The notes below the pieces were generated by a model that was not told the origin of the DNA, did no database searches, and saw only the letters and a program-made list of their open reading frames with translations. This document shows positions 1 to 11,470 of a stretch of 64,000 nucleotides of DNA, in pieces (within the stretch, counting starts at the first letter, position 1; every line of letters begins with the position of its first letter). A program made the position numbers and the translations under genes. Source of the stretch: the human T2T-CHM13v2.0 reference genome, Homo sapiens. The stretch lies in NCBI RefSeq assembly GCF_009914755.1, contig NC_060931.1. One strand, written 5' to 3'.

Positions 1-60
1 TGGGCAACATAGTGAGATCCTGTATCTACAAAAAATAAAAATAAAAAATGAAACAAGACA
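1..60 (+). mobile_element. 3' end of an old Alu (AluJ/FLAM type), cut by the window edge
   Basis: TGGGCAACATAGTGAGATCCTGTATCTAC followed by an A-rich tail. Confidence 0.85.
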
Positions 61-61
61 G

Positions 62-101
62 AAACAAACAAACAAACAAACAAACAAACAAACAAACAAA
101 C
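62..101 (+). repeat. (AAAC)10 microsatellite derived from the Alu tail
   Basis: Perfect AAAC tandem array directly after the Alu A-tail. Confidence 0.95.
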
Positions 102-1085
102 AGATAATGTGATGTGGTAGAAAAGGCACTGGGACTAAATTTATTATAAGTTCTCAATCCTTATTAGCACTCTGTCTCTCTCAGCTTCAATTTCCTCATC
201 TGTAAGCTATCCGTTAGCCTCACTTTTTAAAAAAATCTATAAATTGTCTGCTAGTAAATTGCTCTGAAGCTAAACTCAAACAATAGTCCCTTTTGAATTG
301 TTCTGTTATCTCATGTTCTGGGGCATGCTAATCCACTGATTGTAGTACCTGATAATGTCTCCTTATAATGAATCCCTTTTTTATGTGGCTTTAATTTTTG
401 TGTGTGGGCTTATTTTCAACTGGAATTATTTTTGATTTGTATGAATCATGTATGTTCAGTTCTGTGGAAATATCTTTATAGGTTTTATATTTGCCATGGC
501 TGAGTATCCCAAGGGTTTCATTTGTCTAGGATGAATTTTTGCAGTATTTTATGAGTTTAAGATCCCAACACCATGTGGATGATATTTATTTGGAGTCCAT
601 ATCTGCATGTGGCACATGCTAGGGCTTTGGAGCCCACCAGACCTGAAGCTTCTTTGCTTCTACCCTGGGCCCTCTTGGGAAGTTCTCCTGTTCCCCTTAC
701 ACAAAGCAGGCAGTGTGTGAGTTCTAGCTCACACTTGGGTTCAAGGCCTCATCTCTGATTTTTCAGGGGGATTTCATGATTCTAGTTCCTTGCTGTTAGA
801 GCCTCTCACCATGTCTGATACCCCCTGGGATTCTGCTGCATTAGTTCATGCTATGAATTTCATTGTGTTTTGGGGGGTATCTGGAAATTTCCCTTTGTCT
901 TTTGAGTTTGGCTTTTAGAAAACACTTAATAGTTTATCTACACCTCTAGTATCTTTGTCAAGAGGATCTTCTTAGCTCAATTTGCCATGTTGTTGGAAAT
1001 GAAAATCAAGTGTATATTCTTTATGAGCACTTTCCCTTGGTTAGCCATTTTATTTCATAAAGTTACGCTTGTTCAGTGGCAGAAG

Positions 1086-1232
1086 CATTGCTTCTCAAAC
1101 TGCCTGTGAACCCCTTTGGGATCTTGTTAAATGCAGATTCCAATTCCCTAGGACCAGGAGCTGCAATTCTGCATTGTTAACCAGCTCCTAGGTGATGCTG
1201 ATGCCCCTGACCAACTCTGGGTAGTGAGGTTT
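1086..1232. mobile_element. MER5A-like hAT-Charlie MITE
   Basis: CTTCTCAAAC...GATCTTGTTAAATGCAGATTCC...CAGCTCCTAGGTGATGCTGATGC resembles the MER5A consensus. Confidence 0.75.
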
Positions 1233-1649
1233 TGAGCTAGGGCAGCAGTAATCTCTTCCCAATTGCCAATTTATGAGTTGCTGGAATTCATCTAGTGTGG
1301 TTGCCTGATAAAATCTCCACTCATTTTGTTGCTCTCACAAATGAAACTTCATGTTGAAAGCAGTTTTAAAAAATGTAAAGAGTTATAAAATATTTCTTCA
1401 TTTGGAAAAAAAAATCTATAAATTCAAAATGGAATGGAATAAAACTGACCTTTAAAGCCCTTGAAAATACCCAGAAGTCCTCATCTGCTTTACCCAAAGC
1501 TCCCTTCCACCTCCTTTTCCTTTCATTAAGTCCATTTTTCCTCAAGCTAAAATTCCAGGCAAATTAATAAAAGAATTAACTTTCTAATTTAATTTAAGTT
1601 TTCCTTCTATAATTATGTATTAATATTGATTTCTTTTTTGTTGTTATGG

Positions 1650-2317
1650 TTTTGTAGGGCCTGTAGCCTAGTAACTTACTCATGGTTAACATCGATTCAA
1701 GAGAACAGAGTATTTGAGTTTCAAACAATTGGTGTACCAGGTGAATCTTCAGAATACGAGAGATTGTATGACCAAAGATTCAAGTGAGGTTACAAGGTCG
1801 TCATGTCCTTATGTAGGCAGGGCAGCATCTTCCAGACTTTCTCCATGTACCCCAAAATGCAGAAAAGCAAAGCAAAACAAAAGTTGATTGGCATCCTGGC
1901 TGGTCTAACTTTAGCTATTTACAGCTTAATTTTATGGACTACAATGCCAACAATTTGCATGCCCTGACAGGTAGAAAGTCAAGCTAAGTTCTCAGGACAC
2001 AAGACAAATAGGAAAGTTATAGCTGTCCCTGGGAGGGAAAGGATCAATAATGAATGGGTACCCCAAATCACATTTACATAGGAGTCACAATTCAAACAAA
2101 TGATTTTCTCTTGATAATCAGAATTTGGGAAGTAGGGGAAAAGAAAAAGTTTTTAACCTTCTTCTCTCCACGGGGTGCTACTGATAAAGATCCAGGAGAG
2201 CTGACCTTGGCAAGAATTCTTACCTGTCTCCAGCTTTTTGTCAGTTGTCCCAGATCTCATCTGCAGAGTCTGGAGTGAGTGGGGTGTATCAGCTGTCCCT
2301 TTTTGGGTGCCAGAAAC
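1650..2317 (-). mobile_element. ERV1 (MER4-group) internal 5' leader fragment with primer-binding site and splice donor
   Basis: On the - strand the LTR end is followed by GTTTC-TGGCACCCAAAAAGGGAC (2312-2295; 15/18 match to the tRNA-Lys3 PBS TGGCGCCCGAACAGGGAC, two differences at CpG). CAG|GTAAG occurs at 2226-2219. Left boundary approximate. Confidence 0.7.
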
Positions 2318-2642
2318 TGTAGAGGATGAAAAATGTTTATTTTTCTCACTTGTAACAAAAGACACAGTAACAAGAGAAAAGCATACACATTTATCTAATA
2401 CAAGTTTTATGTGACACAAAAGCCTTCAGAAATGAAGACCCAAAGAAATAGGGAAACCTGTGTATTTCTATGCTGTTTGATGAAAAAGTGGTTAGTTGTG
2501 GAGAAGTAGGATTAGGCAAAAGGAGCATGATCTAATGGTAATAAACTGGGGTGGCAGGGAGGAATTGAGGCCAGTTTAGATTCTTCTGTCTCTGTGTCTT
2601 CAGACATAAGAATGTTCCTTTCCTCTCTGTATAAGATGGGTA

Positions 2643-2995
2643 TGTTAAATCAAGTTTAGCCTAAAGCTGCCTCCTTACATATTTTAAGTTCGGCCTAAAG
2701 CCTTCTCTATACATCGTGAACTATAACCTAAATGGAGTTGTATACAGACTGTAGCCTACTCTTGTGCCAATCACCGAGTTTTGGTGGATCAAAAGTGGCC
2801 AACTGTTCAAACCCTGTTCAAATAAGACAAACAACAAACTGCAACCGATCCAGCTGTTTCTGTACCTCACTTCCATTTTCTCTTTGTCATGTTCCTTTTT
2901 CTGTCCATAAATCATCTTCTTCCACCACATGGCTGAACTGGAGTATCTGAGCCTACTCTGGCTCAGGAGGCTGCCTGGTTCTTTGCTCAATTAAA

Positions 2996-3030
<35 letters not shown>

Positions 3031-3192
3031 GACAAAGTCTCCCTATATTTCTCAGGCTTGTCTGAACTCCTGGGCTCAAGCGATCCACCTGCGTCGGCCT
3101 TCCAAAGTGCTGGGATTATAGGCGTGAGCTACTGTGCCCCTCCTCAATTAAACTCTTTTAAATTTAATTCAGCTAAAGTTTTCCTTTTAACA
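2643..3192 (+). mobile_element. MER57-family solo LTR (ERV1)
   Basis: TGTTAAATCAAGTTTAGCCTAAAGCTGCCTCC...TTTTAACA; 4-bp TSD GGTA at 2639-2642 and 3193-3196. Confidence 0.88.
3001..3142 (-). mobile_element. FLAM_C-like Alu monomer inserted in MER57
   Basis: Poly-T plus a single Alu arm; TSD CTCAATTAAACTCTT at 2986-3000 and 3143-3157. Confidence 0.88.
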
Positions 3193-3479
3193 GGTACCTC
3201 TCACCTGAGGGTCTGTGACCTACTTCAGGAGATGGTCAGAAGACTCTTTGCTAGGTTTTATGGCCTGCTTCATGGGAGAAGGGCAGGAGGAGGTCAGAGA
3301 GTTCTTCCTGCTTCTCAAATGTCAAAGTGCCATATTTTGGGGTAGTGCATTCTGAACCCCGTTATGGCCAAATCAGTGTTGCCTTTAGAATTAACCAGGG
3401 GCATAGAGTAAGGTGTGAAACATGTTGGCCTCCCCCATGGACTTATAGAGAGCTGGAGGTGATCTTACAACTGTGGGGC

Positions 3480-3633
3480 CTGGGGGCAGTCCCTCAGGAC
3501 CTCCAGAAAGAGCCAATCTTGACACCATCTTGATTTTGAACTTCTGGCCTTCAGAACTGTGAGAGACTAAGTTTCTGTTGCTTTAAGGCACCTAGTCTAT
3601 GATAATCTAATACAGCCACGGGAACCTAATACA
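3480..3633 (+). mobile_element. MLT1 (MaLR) LTR 3' fragment
   Basis: TTGATTTTGAACTTCTGGCCTTCAGAACTGTGAGAG...AACCTAATACA. Confidence 0.8.
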
Positions 3634-3689
3634 GTGAGTATAGCAGGAACACTAATATTTATTGCAAGTCCTAAATAAGTTTTACATTC

Positions 3690-3840
3690 ATTATTTTATT
3701 CTTAATGACCATGTGATGAAGTAGGTACTGTCATTATTTCCATTTTACAGGTTAGAAAACTCAGGCTCAGAGAGGTTAGTTAAATAGCTGGCCCAAGGTC
3801 ACACAGCTAATAAGGAGTGAAACTAGGATTCAAACCCAGA
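3690..3840 (-). mobile_element. MIR
   Basis: CCATTTTACAGGTTAGAAAACTCAGGCTCAGAGAGGTTA...CCCAAGGTCACACAGCTA core. Confidence 0.85.
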
Positions 3841-6656
3841 GCCCCCTCCCCTTAAAAACAATATACCTCTAAGGTCTTCCTCCTCCCTATCAGTATCATG
3901 GTGGCAAAATATCATACTTCTGTGTGGTATTTTCTTTATTGGTCAGGGGGACCAGCACTTTTTTCTCCACCACAGTTGATGGTGTTCAGTGCTTTAACGC
4001 GGTGGTCATGAGGCCTCTTGAAAATCCAACAGAGTAGAACATATGGCTTGATGTCTTCAAGTGAATCATTCTACCTAAACAGGCAACTTACATAGGAAAG
4101 CTACACTGTCCCAAGTTGCAGAGGTGTAGAGATGTGAAACACATTCCTTCCTTTGAGAACACAGCACAGCGCAGGGTCTCTTTCGGCAGGACTGCACCAT
4201 TCAGTTTGGCACTTTTTCAGGAACTCAGTGCTGGGAGGAACAAGGGAAAATGTGAACGTTTTCAATTCAGCTCTTGAAGGGACAGGGGATTATTTTTAAA
4301 AATAAACCCTGGGGAAACACTTAAAATCATAACTAGCAGGAAAAAAATCCATTGAAAACATTTTTAAAAACAAGGTGTATATTCGTACCAGGACACTCTA
4401 TTCTGGAGCAAGCAGCCCAGAGAGAAGCACTCAGGCCTGAAGCCTCTTTAAGATGCCCTTCCCTGCTGGAGAGGGCCTGTGGGAGGGAGCAGGTTTCCAG
4501 GGCATGGTCAGTCTGGGAAAGTTTCCAGAGAGCAAAGCCTACTTGGATGCTGGCATCTCCTTCTGCTGTCATGGAAACATCTACTGGGGGCCAAAACCAA
4601 GGCAGATTCTTTTAGCTTCATCATTGGAAGACTGACTTTTCCAATCTTGATGTTATAATGATCAGTTCAGAAGCTTCTGTCAAATGTTGTGAAAGCTGGT
4701 TTTTAAAATATGGTACTTGGCCTCCTTGGTTTATGTTTGAGGGTACATGGCCCACTGTCAGGAGACATTTAACCCAAAGATCTCTACACTCGGTCAGAAC
4801 TCAGTGGTGGCTTGGGGACTTTACATTTGAGTGTTCCTGGAAGAAATGGAACTTTCCTAATAACAAAGATAATAATAAGGCATATTTTAAGGCACTTTAG
4901 CATTTAATAATTGCATTTGTCTGTACTACCTCACTTAATTTTCACAACCACCTTGTGATGTGACTATTACTTCAGCATGACAGACCTGAGGCTCAAAGCC
5001 TTAGAAAGAGAAAGGCATCAGACCAATTTGCTTACATTGAAAACTATGATTAAAGGAGATTGTGTGTAAAGCACTAAGAATGTAGCCTGGCATGTAAGTA
5101 ATATGCAATAAATGCAGCCACCTGTCATCACCCTCATTCTGCTTGGCTGTTGTTATTAATTACTACCTAATAGAGTTGGCACTGCAGCCCAGGTTGCTGA
5201 CTCCACACTGCCAATTTTTTTCTCAAACACGAGAATGTTCCTTCCTACTTGACCTTATTTCTTTAGGAGTTTTTTCTCTACTTAAAAAAAATTTAAGCCA
5301 GTTAGCAAACCAATGGATTATGAGAACAATTTAGATGCAAAATGTTACTCCACCCATCACTAGGTTGATTGGGATAATCTGGCTGGACAACACTTGCAGG
5401 TCAACATGAAATATACATATTAAAAAAGATGGGTCTTTCAGATAAAGGACTGAAGTCATGTAGAGTCAATAAGCAGAAGGCTCTGGTAAATCAGTGAGAC
5501 TATCGAAGAAGGTGCAGCATTTGAGAAGCTGGCAGAGCAGGGGTTTTCTTGGACATGCAATGTGCACACAGGTAAATCCCTTCATACCTTCAAAGGTGGT
5601 AGGGATGTACACATACCAACTCTAGCTGGGGAGGCTGTGTTGGAGGGGATGGGAAGGTCTATAGTTCCCTGGATTGGGCTTGACCCTGTTCACAGACTGA
5701 CCCTTGCCCAGGATAAAGAGAAGAAGGTATGGAGGATGTCTTCCCTTCCATGTCTTCTGGACACTCCCACACAAACAGTTCTTGTTTTCTCAGCTGTTAG
5801 CCAAGAAGAAAAGCATCCCCATTCCCCTTGAGCAGAAAGCTCGATCTATCCTGTAGATATTTGTGAAGAGGGGGGTTAGGGGAGGAGGTTATGGAGAGAA
5901 CATCTGGTCTGACTGACATACTTATGATCATGAGCCTGGTGATTATTGACTGGATGTTCTCACTGCCCACATTGTGGGTGCCATTTGCAGAGTCTTAGGA
6001 AAGTATAAGAAAGGAGAAAAGGAGGCAGTTGCATTTCAGCCCACCTGCAGGCAGAAACCAAAGCTTGTCTCTCAGGGGGTGCTGAATCAGATGCCATGTC
6101 CGAATCAGATGGAAGAAGTCTTCAGTTTGCTTTAGCTGACCCACACATCATAAGAGAGTGAAATCTTGGAGTCTTATCCTGCCAGTGGTGGGGGGCTGAG
6201 TAAAGTGACTGACTTTCCAGCCTTAATTAGCCAGTAGATGTTTGAAGGGCTCTATGTAGAACATTGAACTCTAGACACTGCTTCCATGTTGCAGAGATTG
6301 AATCTCATGGGCAAAAAAGCCTTCCAGTGTATAGGAGGCAGCCTGCATTGGTGGAAAGACAGTTGGACTTGAGGTCAGGGTCAATATGGTGAATTCCATC
6401 AGCTGAGTCAGTGAATTTTAAACATATAAGAGCATGATCTTGAAAATTCTCTAATGTGTTTAGTCATTCTCTGATTCCAAATCCCAGATCAACAGGCACT
6501 TCATTAAATTCTCCCATAATAGGTGAAACTTTAGCCATAAAATGAAAAAGCAAGGACCTCTGTGGCCCTGAAGTTGGTGATGGCTCCTACAGAGCCAACC
6601 CAATGTGGGGAAAGGTGTATTCATTTCTACAATGTGCCATAATACAATGTTTTGGC

Positions 6657-7020
6657 TGATATGGTTAGGCTGTGTCCCCATCCAAATCCCATCTTGAACT
6701 GTAGCTCCTATAATCCCCACGTGTCATGGGAGGGACCCAGTGGGAGGTAATTGAATCATGGGGGCGGGATTTCCTGTGCTGTTGTTGTGATAGTGAATAA
6801 GTCTCATGAGATCTGATGGTTTTATAAAAGGGCAGTTCCCCTGCACATGCTGTTGTGCCTGCTGCCATGTAAGACATGCCTTTACTTCTCCTTTGCCTTC
6901 CATCATAATTGCGAGGCCTCCCCAGCCATGTAGAACTGTGAGTCCATTAAACCTTCTTCCTTTATAAATTACCCAGACTTGGGTATGTCTTTATTAGCAG
7001 CAAGAGAACAGACTAATACG
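6657..7020 (+). mobile_element. THE1B/C solo LTR (MaLR)
   Basis: TGATATGGTTAGGCTGTGTCCCC...GACTAATAC; TSD TTGGC/TTCGC (4/5). Confidence 0.93.
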
Positions 7021-7453
7021 TTCGCCTCATTATAACCACAAAATAAGCCATCTGGCTCTATGGTCCGGGCTGACTAGCTTATTTTATTTACTGAATGATT
7101 ATTTACTGGGTTCATAGTATGTGCAACTTGCTATAGTCATTTGGCTCAGGCAGTAGGAGTGAGGCACGGACCACCTCATGATGCTTCGGGGGCTAGTTAG
7201 CTTTAGAAAGACCAGAGCTGTTTTCATCCTTACCAGCCATTTGGCAAGTGTGTGCCAAGGTCATCAAGCAGGCTTTGTGAGTGTGCAGATAACTCAGCTG
7301 AAAATGGAGAAAGAGGAGAGGAAGAATGGAACTTGGACATCAGGATACCTGGGTGGCTTGGCTACAAGGTAGATGACCTTGAAGTCACCTTCTTCATAGC
7401 TCAGATTCCATAGCTGTAAATGAGAAATTTGGTTGTGATGGTCTGTGAGTATA

Positions 7454-7558
7454 TTTGTATAATGCCGTTCGACTTTTGAGGTGGTTTACCTTTCTGAATT
7501 ATCACTGTGGGACACTTTGGAAGGTGAGAAGGCAGTCTGAGTGGAAAGAGGCCTGAAA
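7454..7558 (+). repeat. 105-bp dispersed direct duplication, copy A
   Basis: 98/105 identical, ungapped, to 9043-9147. Confidence 0.95.
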
Positions 7559-9042
7559 TTTAAAAGTTTTACTATTATAAACCCATCACCACTACTGGAA
7601 AAGAGCTCAGAACACATGTTCTGAGGATGGCAGGTCAACAATTTGTGCTTACACAGGAGGAACAGCCCAGCTTTCCATGCTTAGAGCCTCTGGAGAGAGA
7701 AGACCTGATGCTCAGAATCACTAAGTGAATTTCCTAAGGGGATGCTCCTGTATTTGTAGTCTGTGCCTTTAACTTTAAAATACTTTAGTTCCCAGGTCAG
7801 CAGAAATGCTCTTGAAAAATGAGGAATTTCCACAGTTAGTAGGGGTCAAAGTTCATAGACCTCAGAGATTGAATCCATAGTCTAATGGGAAATAGGCAAT
7901 GTTTGTTACCAAATAATAGATGAGGATTTTCATCTCTGTTAGGTTACTGGTCAACAATATACATGTGTGTTTCACTAGTAGTTGTTTACCTAGAAACAGC
8001 TGAGGTTTCATTCAGGTTTACCCTGGAAAATAGTGCCAATCCCAGTTTTCTGCATAGCAAGGAAGGAAAAAAAAATGGCCATCATTTATACCCACATGCA
8101 TATGAAAAACTATATTTCCTGAGAACAGACAGGATATTTTAAGGTAATGTTGGAAGTGGTGGTGGGGATAGTAGAAGTAGTTTTTGGACTAACAGAATCT
8201 AGTTCTTTGTTTCTGATGCTTTTTGCAGATGTGACCTATTGGTTTTGACATCAGATGTTCATATGTCGGTTTGATTTATAGAGTGGCTAATTCGGAGGAT
8301 GGGGGAATCAGGATGGAAATTTTGGAATATCAATCACAATCTTCATCTGCTTCCTTGTCTGGCAAGGCTATAATTTGTGGGCTGTACATGTAAATTAGGC
8401 ATTTTCTTCTTCAATAAGGAAACTTGAAAAAGCAATGCCTCTGTGTGCACGTAAACAGCACCCACATCTGCTTTAAGGAGAAATGATAAACAGTTTTTAT
8501 CTTGTATAAATAGGGACAAGCTTTGTCCTCAGCTGTTTATATGCAGCTCCCACTAACTTTGCTTAGACTAGAAGCTTGTCTCACTGTTTGAAGGAATAGT
8601 CAAATAATCTAGTTGACAAAAAGTAGATCTTGATTTGATGTTTTGTGTTCTTCGCCTTGGGTCTGGGAGTGAAGTGAGTTGCTGGGGAAGGTAGGCAAAG
8701 AGTAAATTTTTGTGATGATGGGAAAGGTGCAGGGAGGCTGAATAGAGGTGCCCCCCTCCTCCTCCTATGACCTCCAACTGAAACATTGGCTTGGACCTGA
8801 CATGACCAAGGCAACTAAGGTCACCCTGATCCCAGGAGTATTTTTGGGTGAAAAGGGTTGAGAGCAGATCTTGTACTTTCTGGGCCTCTGGGACTCAGTT
8901 TAACTAGAGATCCCCCCTCCTTTATTCATTATGATAGATAGTCTGCCTGAAATTCACTATGATGAGGGAATCACCTAAGATTTGGATTACTCCGCGTGTC
9001 TTTTCAGTGTTTTCAGTTGAAGAACAAGAACAAATATCGATG

Positions 9043-9147
9043 TTTGTATAATGCCGTTCGATTTTTGATGTGGCTTGCCTTTCCGAATTATCACTGTGGG
9101 ACCCTTTGGAAGGTGAGAAGGCAGTCTGAGTGGAAAGAGGCCCGAAA
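9043..9147 (+). repeat. 105-bp dispersed direct duplication, copy B
   Basis: 98/105 identical to 7454-7558; continues into a degraded MIR (to ~9290). Confidence 0.95.
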
Positions 9148-9809
9148 CTGACTTAGAAGGCTAGGATTGAGTCTTTTCTTATGTGGCCTTAAGCAATTCA
9201 CTCAATCGTAATGACCCCTCTTATTCCATCTGTAATACAAAGATAAAATAACACTTGCCTGCTTCAGAGGGTGTTGTGAGTTAGGAATGTGCTAGACGAA
9301 TAGGTGCTGGAAACCTCATATGCTGGTTGTCAGTTATGTGGAGAGTCTTTCATTCATCTCCATGGGGCTATGGAGTGGTGGAGGATGAAATGAGAGATCT
9401 AGCATGCAAACCCTTCTGTAGGTATCTGTACTGGGGTAGGTTCTTCCCCAGTTTTGTTTGTTATTTAAACTCATTACTGTGTTTCTTCTTGCTGCCCTAG
9501 TCAACAGCCTCTTTCTAGTGGCAGCTGAGAGCATCTACTGACCTGGGCATCAGCTGGCTGCAGAATTCAACTTGTGGAGGCTCTTGTTTTCCAGTGTGGT
9601 GTTTATGGGCTTAACGTAGCACAGTCAGCATTAGGGAGATCAGGATGGGGCCGACTCAAGATGCCTAGACAGTAAGAGTGTTTCCTGTCTAGCTCTGTCC
9701 GTTTAAAGAGGACAGGTCGCTTCACACCACGATCCCTTTTTGGGAAAATGCTCATGTTTTCTATGGCTTCGTGTTTTCTTCACACCTATAAGTTACATGC
9801 ATTGAACAG

Positions 9810-10040
9810 CAGGCAGTGGGTGGTTAAGAACCTGGGCTTTGATCCAGATGCCCAGTTTCAAATTCTGTCTGTATTACTTAAGCTGAGTGACCTTCTGAAA
9901 TTCACATAACCTCTCTGAACTTGAATTTTCTCATCTGCAAAGTAAGAATAGTAACAGTAGTGAAATAGGAGAAAATGAGATAATTTGTATAAATTACCTA
10001 GCATGGTGCTTGGCATTTGATAAGATCTCAGTAATGTTAG
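9810..10040 (+). mobile_element. MIR
   Basis: GTGGTTAAGAACCTGGGCTTTG...TTTTCTCATCTGCAAAGT...GCATGGTGCTTGGCA. Confidence 0.85.
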
Positions 10041-10166
10041 ATACTGTTATTGAATCTAAATGAAATTACTGTTTGCTTAGGATTGAGCTGCAATCTTGAC
10101 AGAGTATATACTCTGTCAAGAATATCTATATATAGATCTCCAAGAGTATATAGATCTCCAAGAGAT

Positions 10167-10389
10167 CAGAGGTCAGCAAACTACGGCCCATGGGCCAAAT
10201 CCAGCTCACTGCTTGTTTTTGTCAATAAAGTTTTATTGGAACACAGTCACACCCATTTGTTTATGTACAGTCCCTGCTGTCTTTTGTGCTGCAGCATCAG
10301 AGTTGAGTAGTTGTGATAGAGTGTGTTTGGCCTGCAAAGTCTAAAAAACTGACTGTTCACCCTTTCCTGAAAACCTTTACCAATCTTTG
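10167..10389. mobile_element. MER58A (hAT-Charlie)
   Basis: CAGAGGTCAGCAAACTACGGCCCATGGGCCAAATCC...AATAAAGTTTTATTGGAACACAG. Confidence 0.9.
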
Positions 10390-11354
10390 CACTAGACTAT
10401 TGACTCAGTTGAGTTCTAATCTCACTTCTGCGGCCGACTTGCTGCCTAATCTTTGATACGTTATTTAATTGCTTTGTTTTCCTCACATTTAAGAAGAATG
10501 GTCAGAGAAACTTGGTTGGACATTTGGCACATGTCAGCCCCTGGAAGTGAAATGATACATTACCGTCATTGCTAACGGAGCAAGAGGGTCAAACGCTGCG
10601 TATATATAATCACGCTTATGGGAATGTAACCCTGGATGATTGGACATGTTATAAGATGCTTTTCATGTGGGTCAAAGCAGGCTTAATTTCCAGCCTATTC
10701 TGGTTTTAACCTACAATCTCATCTTTACCAGATCCTTGCACCTTGTAATTATTTTTAAAAGGAGAAAAACTGTAGAAAAAAAATAATTTGAGTACAGCAG
10801 CCGCCTCAGATTGAGGCTTGTTTTATACTGATACTCTCAAGATCTCGAGGACAACTTCAAGAATTGCAGACACAGATATCTCTCATACTTGACATTTTAA
10901 GACCATAGCTGAGCATAAAAATGTGAGAATGCAGATTATCCTAAAAATGACGTTTTTATGATAAAAGTAATCTATTAAAAAGTCACATGAATAGCTACAG
11001 CCATTTGACGTTGTTAACGATATAATGATGTGTTAAAATGCTAGAGGAAGGATTATGTCAGTGTTTGATGTTTTTATAAGTTGCTGCTGTATAAAAATGT
11101 CAAATAAGAATAATCTTATACTTGACATTTTTCACTTGGTTTTCACTCTCAAAATAGCTCTGTGAGTTCTGGTTACCTTTTTGCTCATACTTTTGACTTT
11201 TCCCTTCCCTAAATAATTTTCTGTGCTCACCCACATCACCACTTTATTTTCTTCTAATTAATTTTTTTAATTCCTTTTAAGTAAAGAGCTCTTGGTATTT
11301 TTGTGTATTCCCTTGCAATCCTCTCCAATTTCCTCTTAATATAAAAGAATGACT

Positions 11355-11470
11355 GTTAATTTTTTTTGGTCAGAATGCTGAAATAGTATCTCCATATATC
11401 CTTCTGGTCATAGTTAATTCTTTTTGGTCAGAATTCTGAAATAGTATCTCCATATATCCTTCTGGTCATA
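11355..11470 (+). repeat. 58-bp x2 tandem duplication
   Basis: 11355-11412 and 11413-11470 differ at 2 positions. Confidence 0.95.

Larger units (their letters stand above)
2318..3364 (-). mobile_element. ERV1 LTR (MER39/MER34-like), interrupted by MER57
   Basis: The - strand starts GGGGTTCAGAATGCACTACCCCAAAATATGGCACTTTG and ends ...CCTCTACA just before the PBS. Confidence 0.7.

Noticed and set aside
9120-9155. Hammerhead-ribozyme-like CTGA...CGAAAC at the end of the 105-bp duplication
   Set aside because: The core reads CUGAGUG rather than CUGANGA, stem II is negligible and no stem I can form.
11355-11470. CRISPR-like or other prokaryotic repeat systems
   Set aside because: No repeat-spacer array anywhere; the DNA is clearly primate and the repeats are simple tandem duplications.
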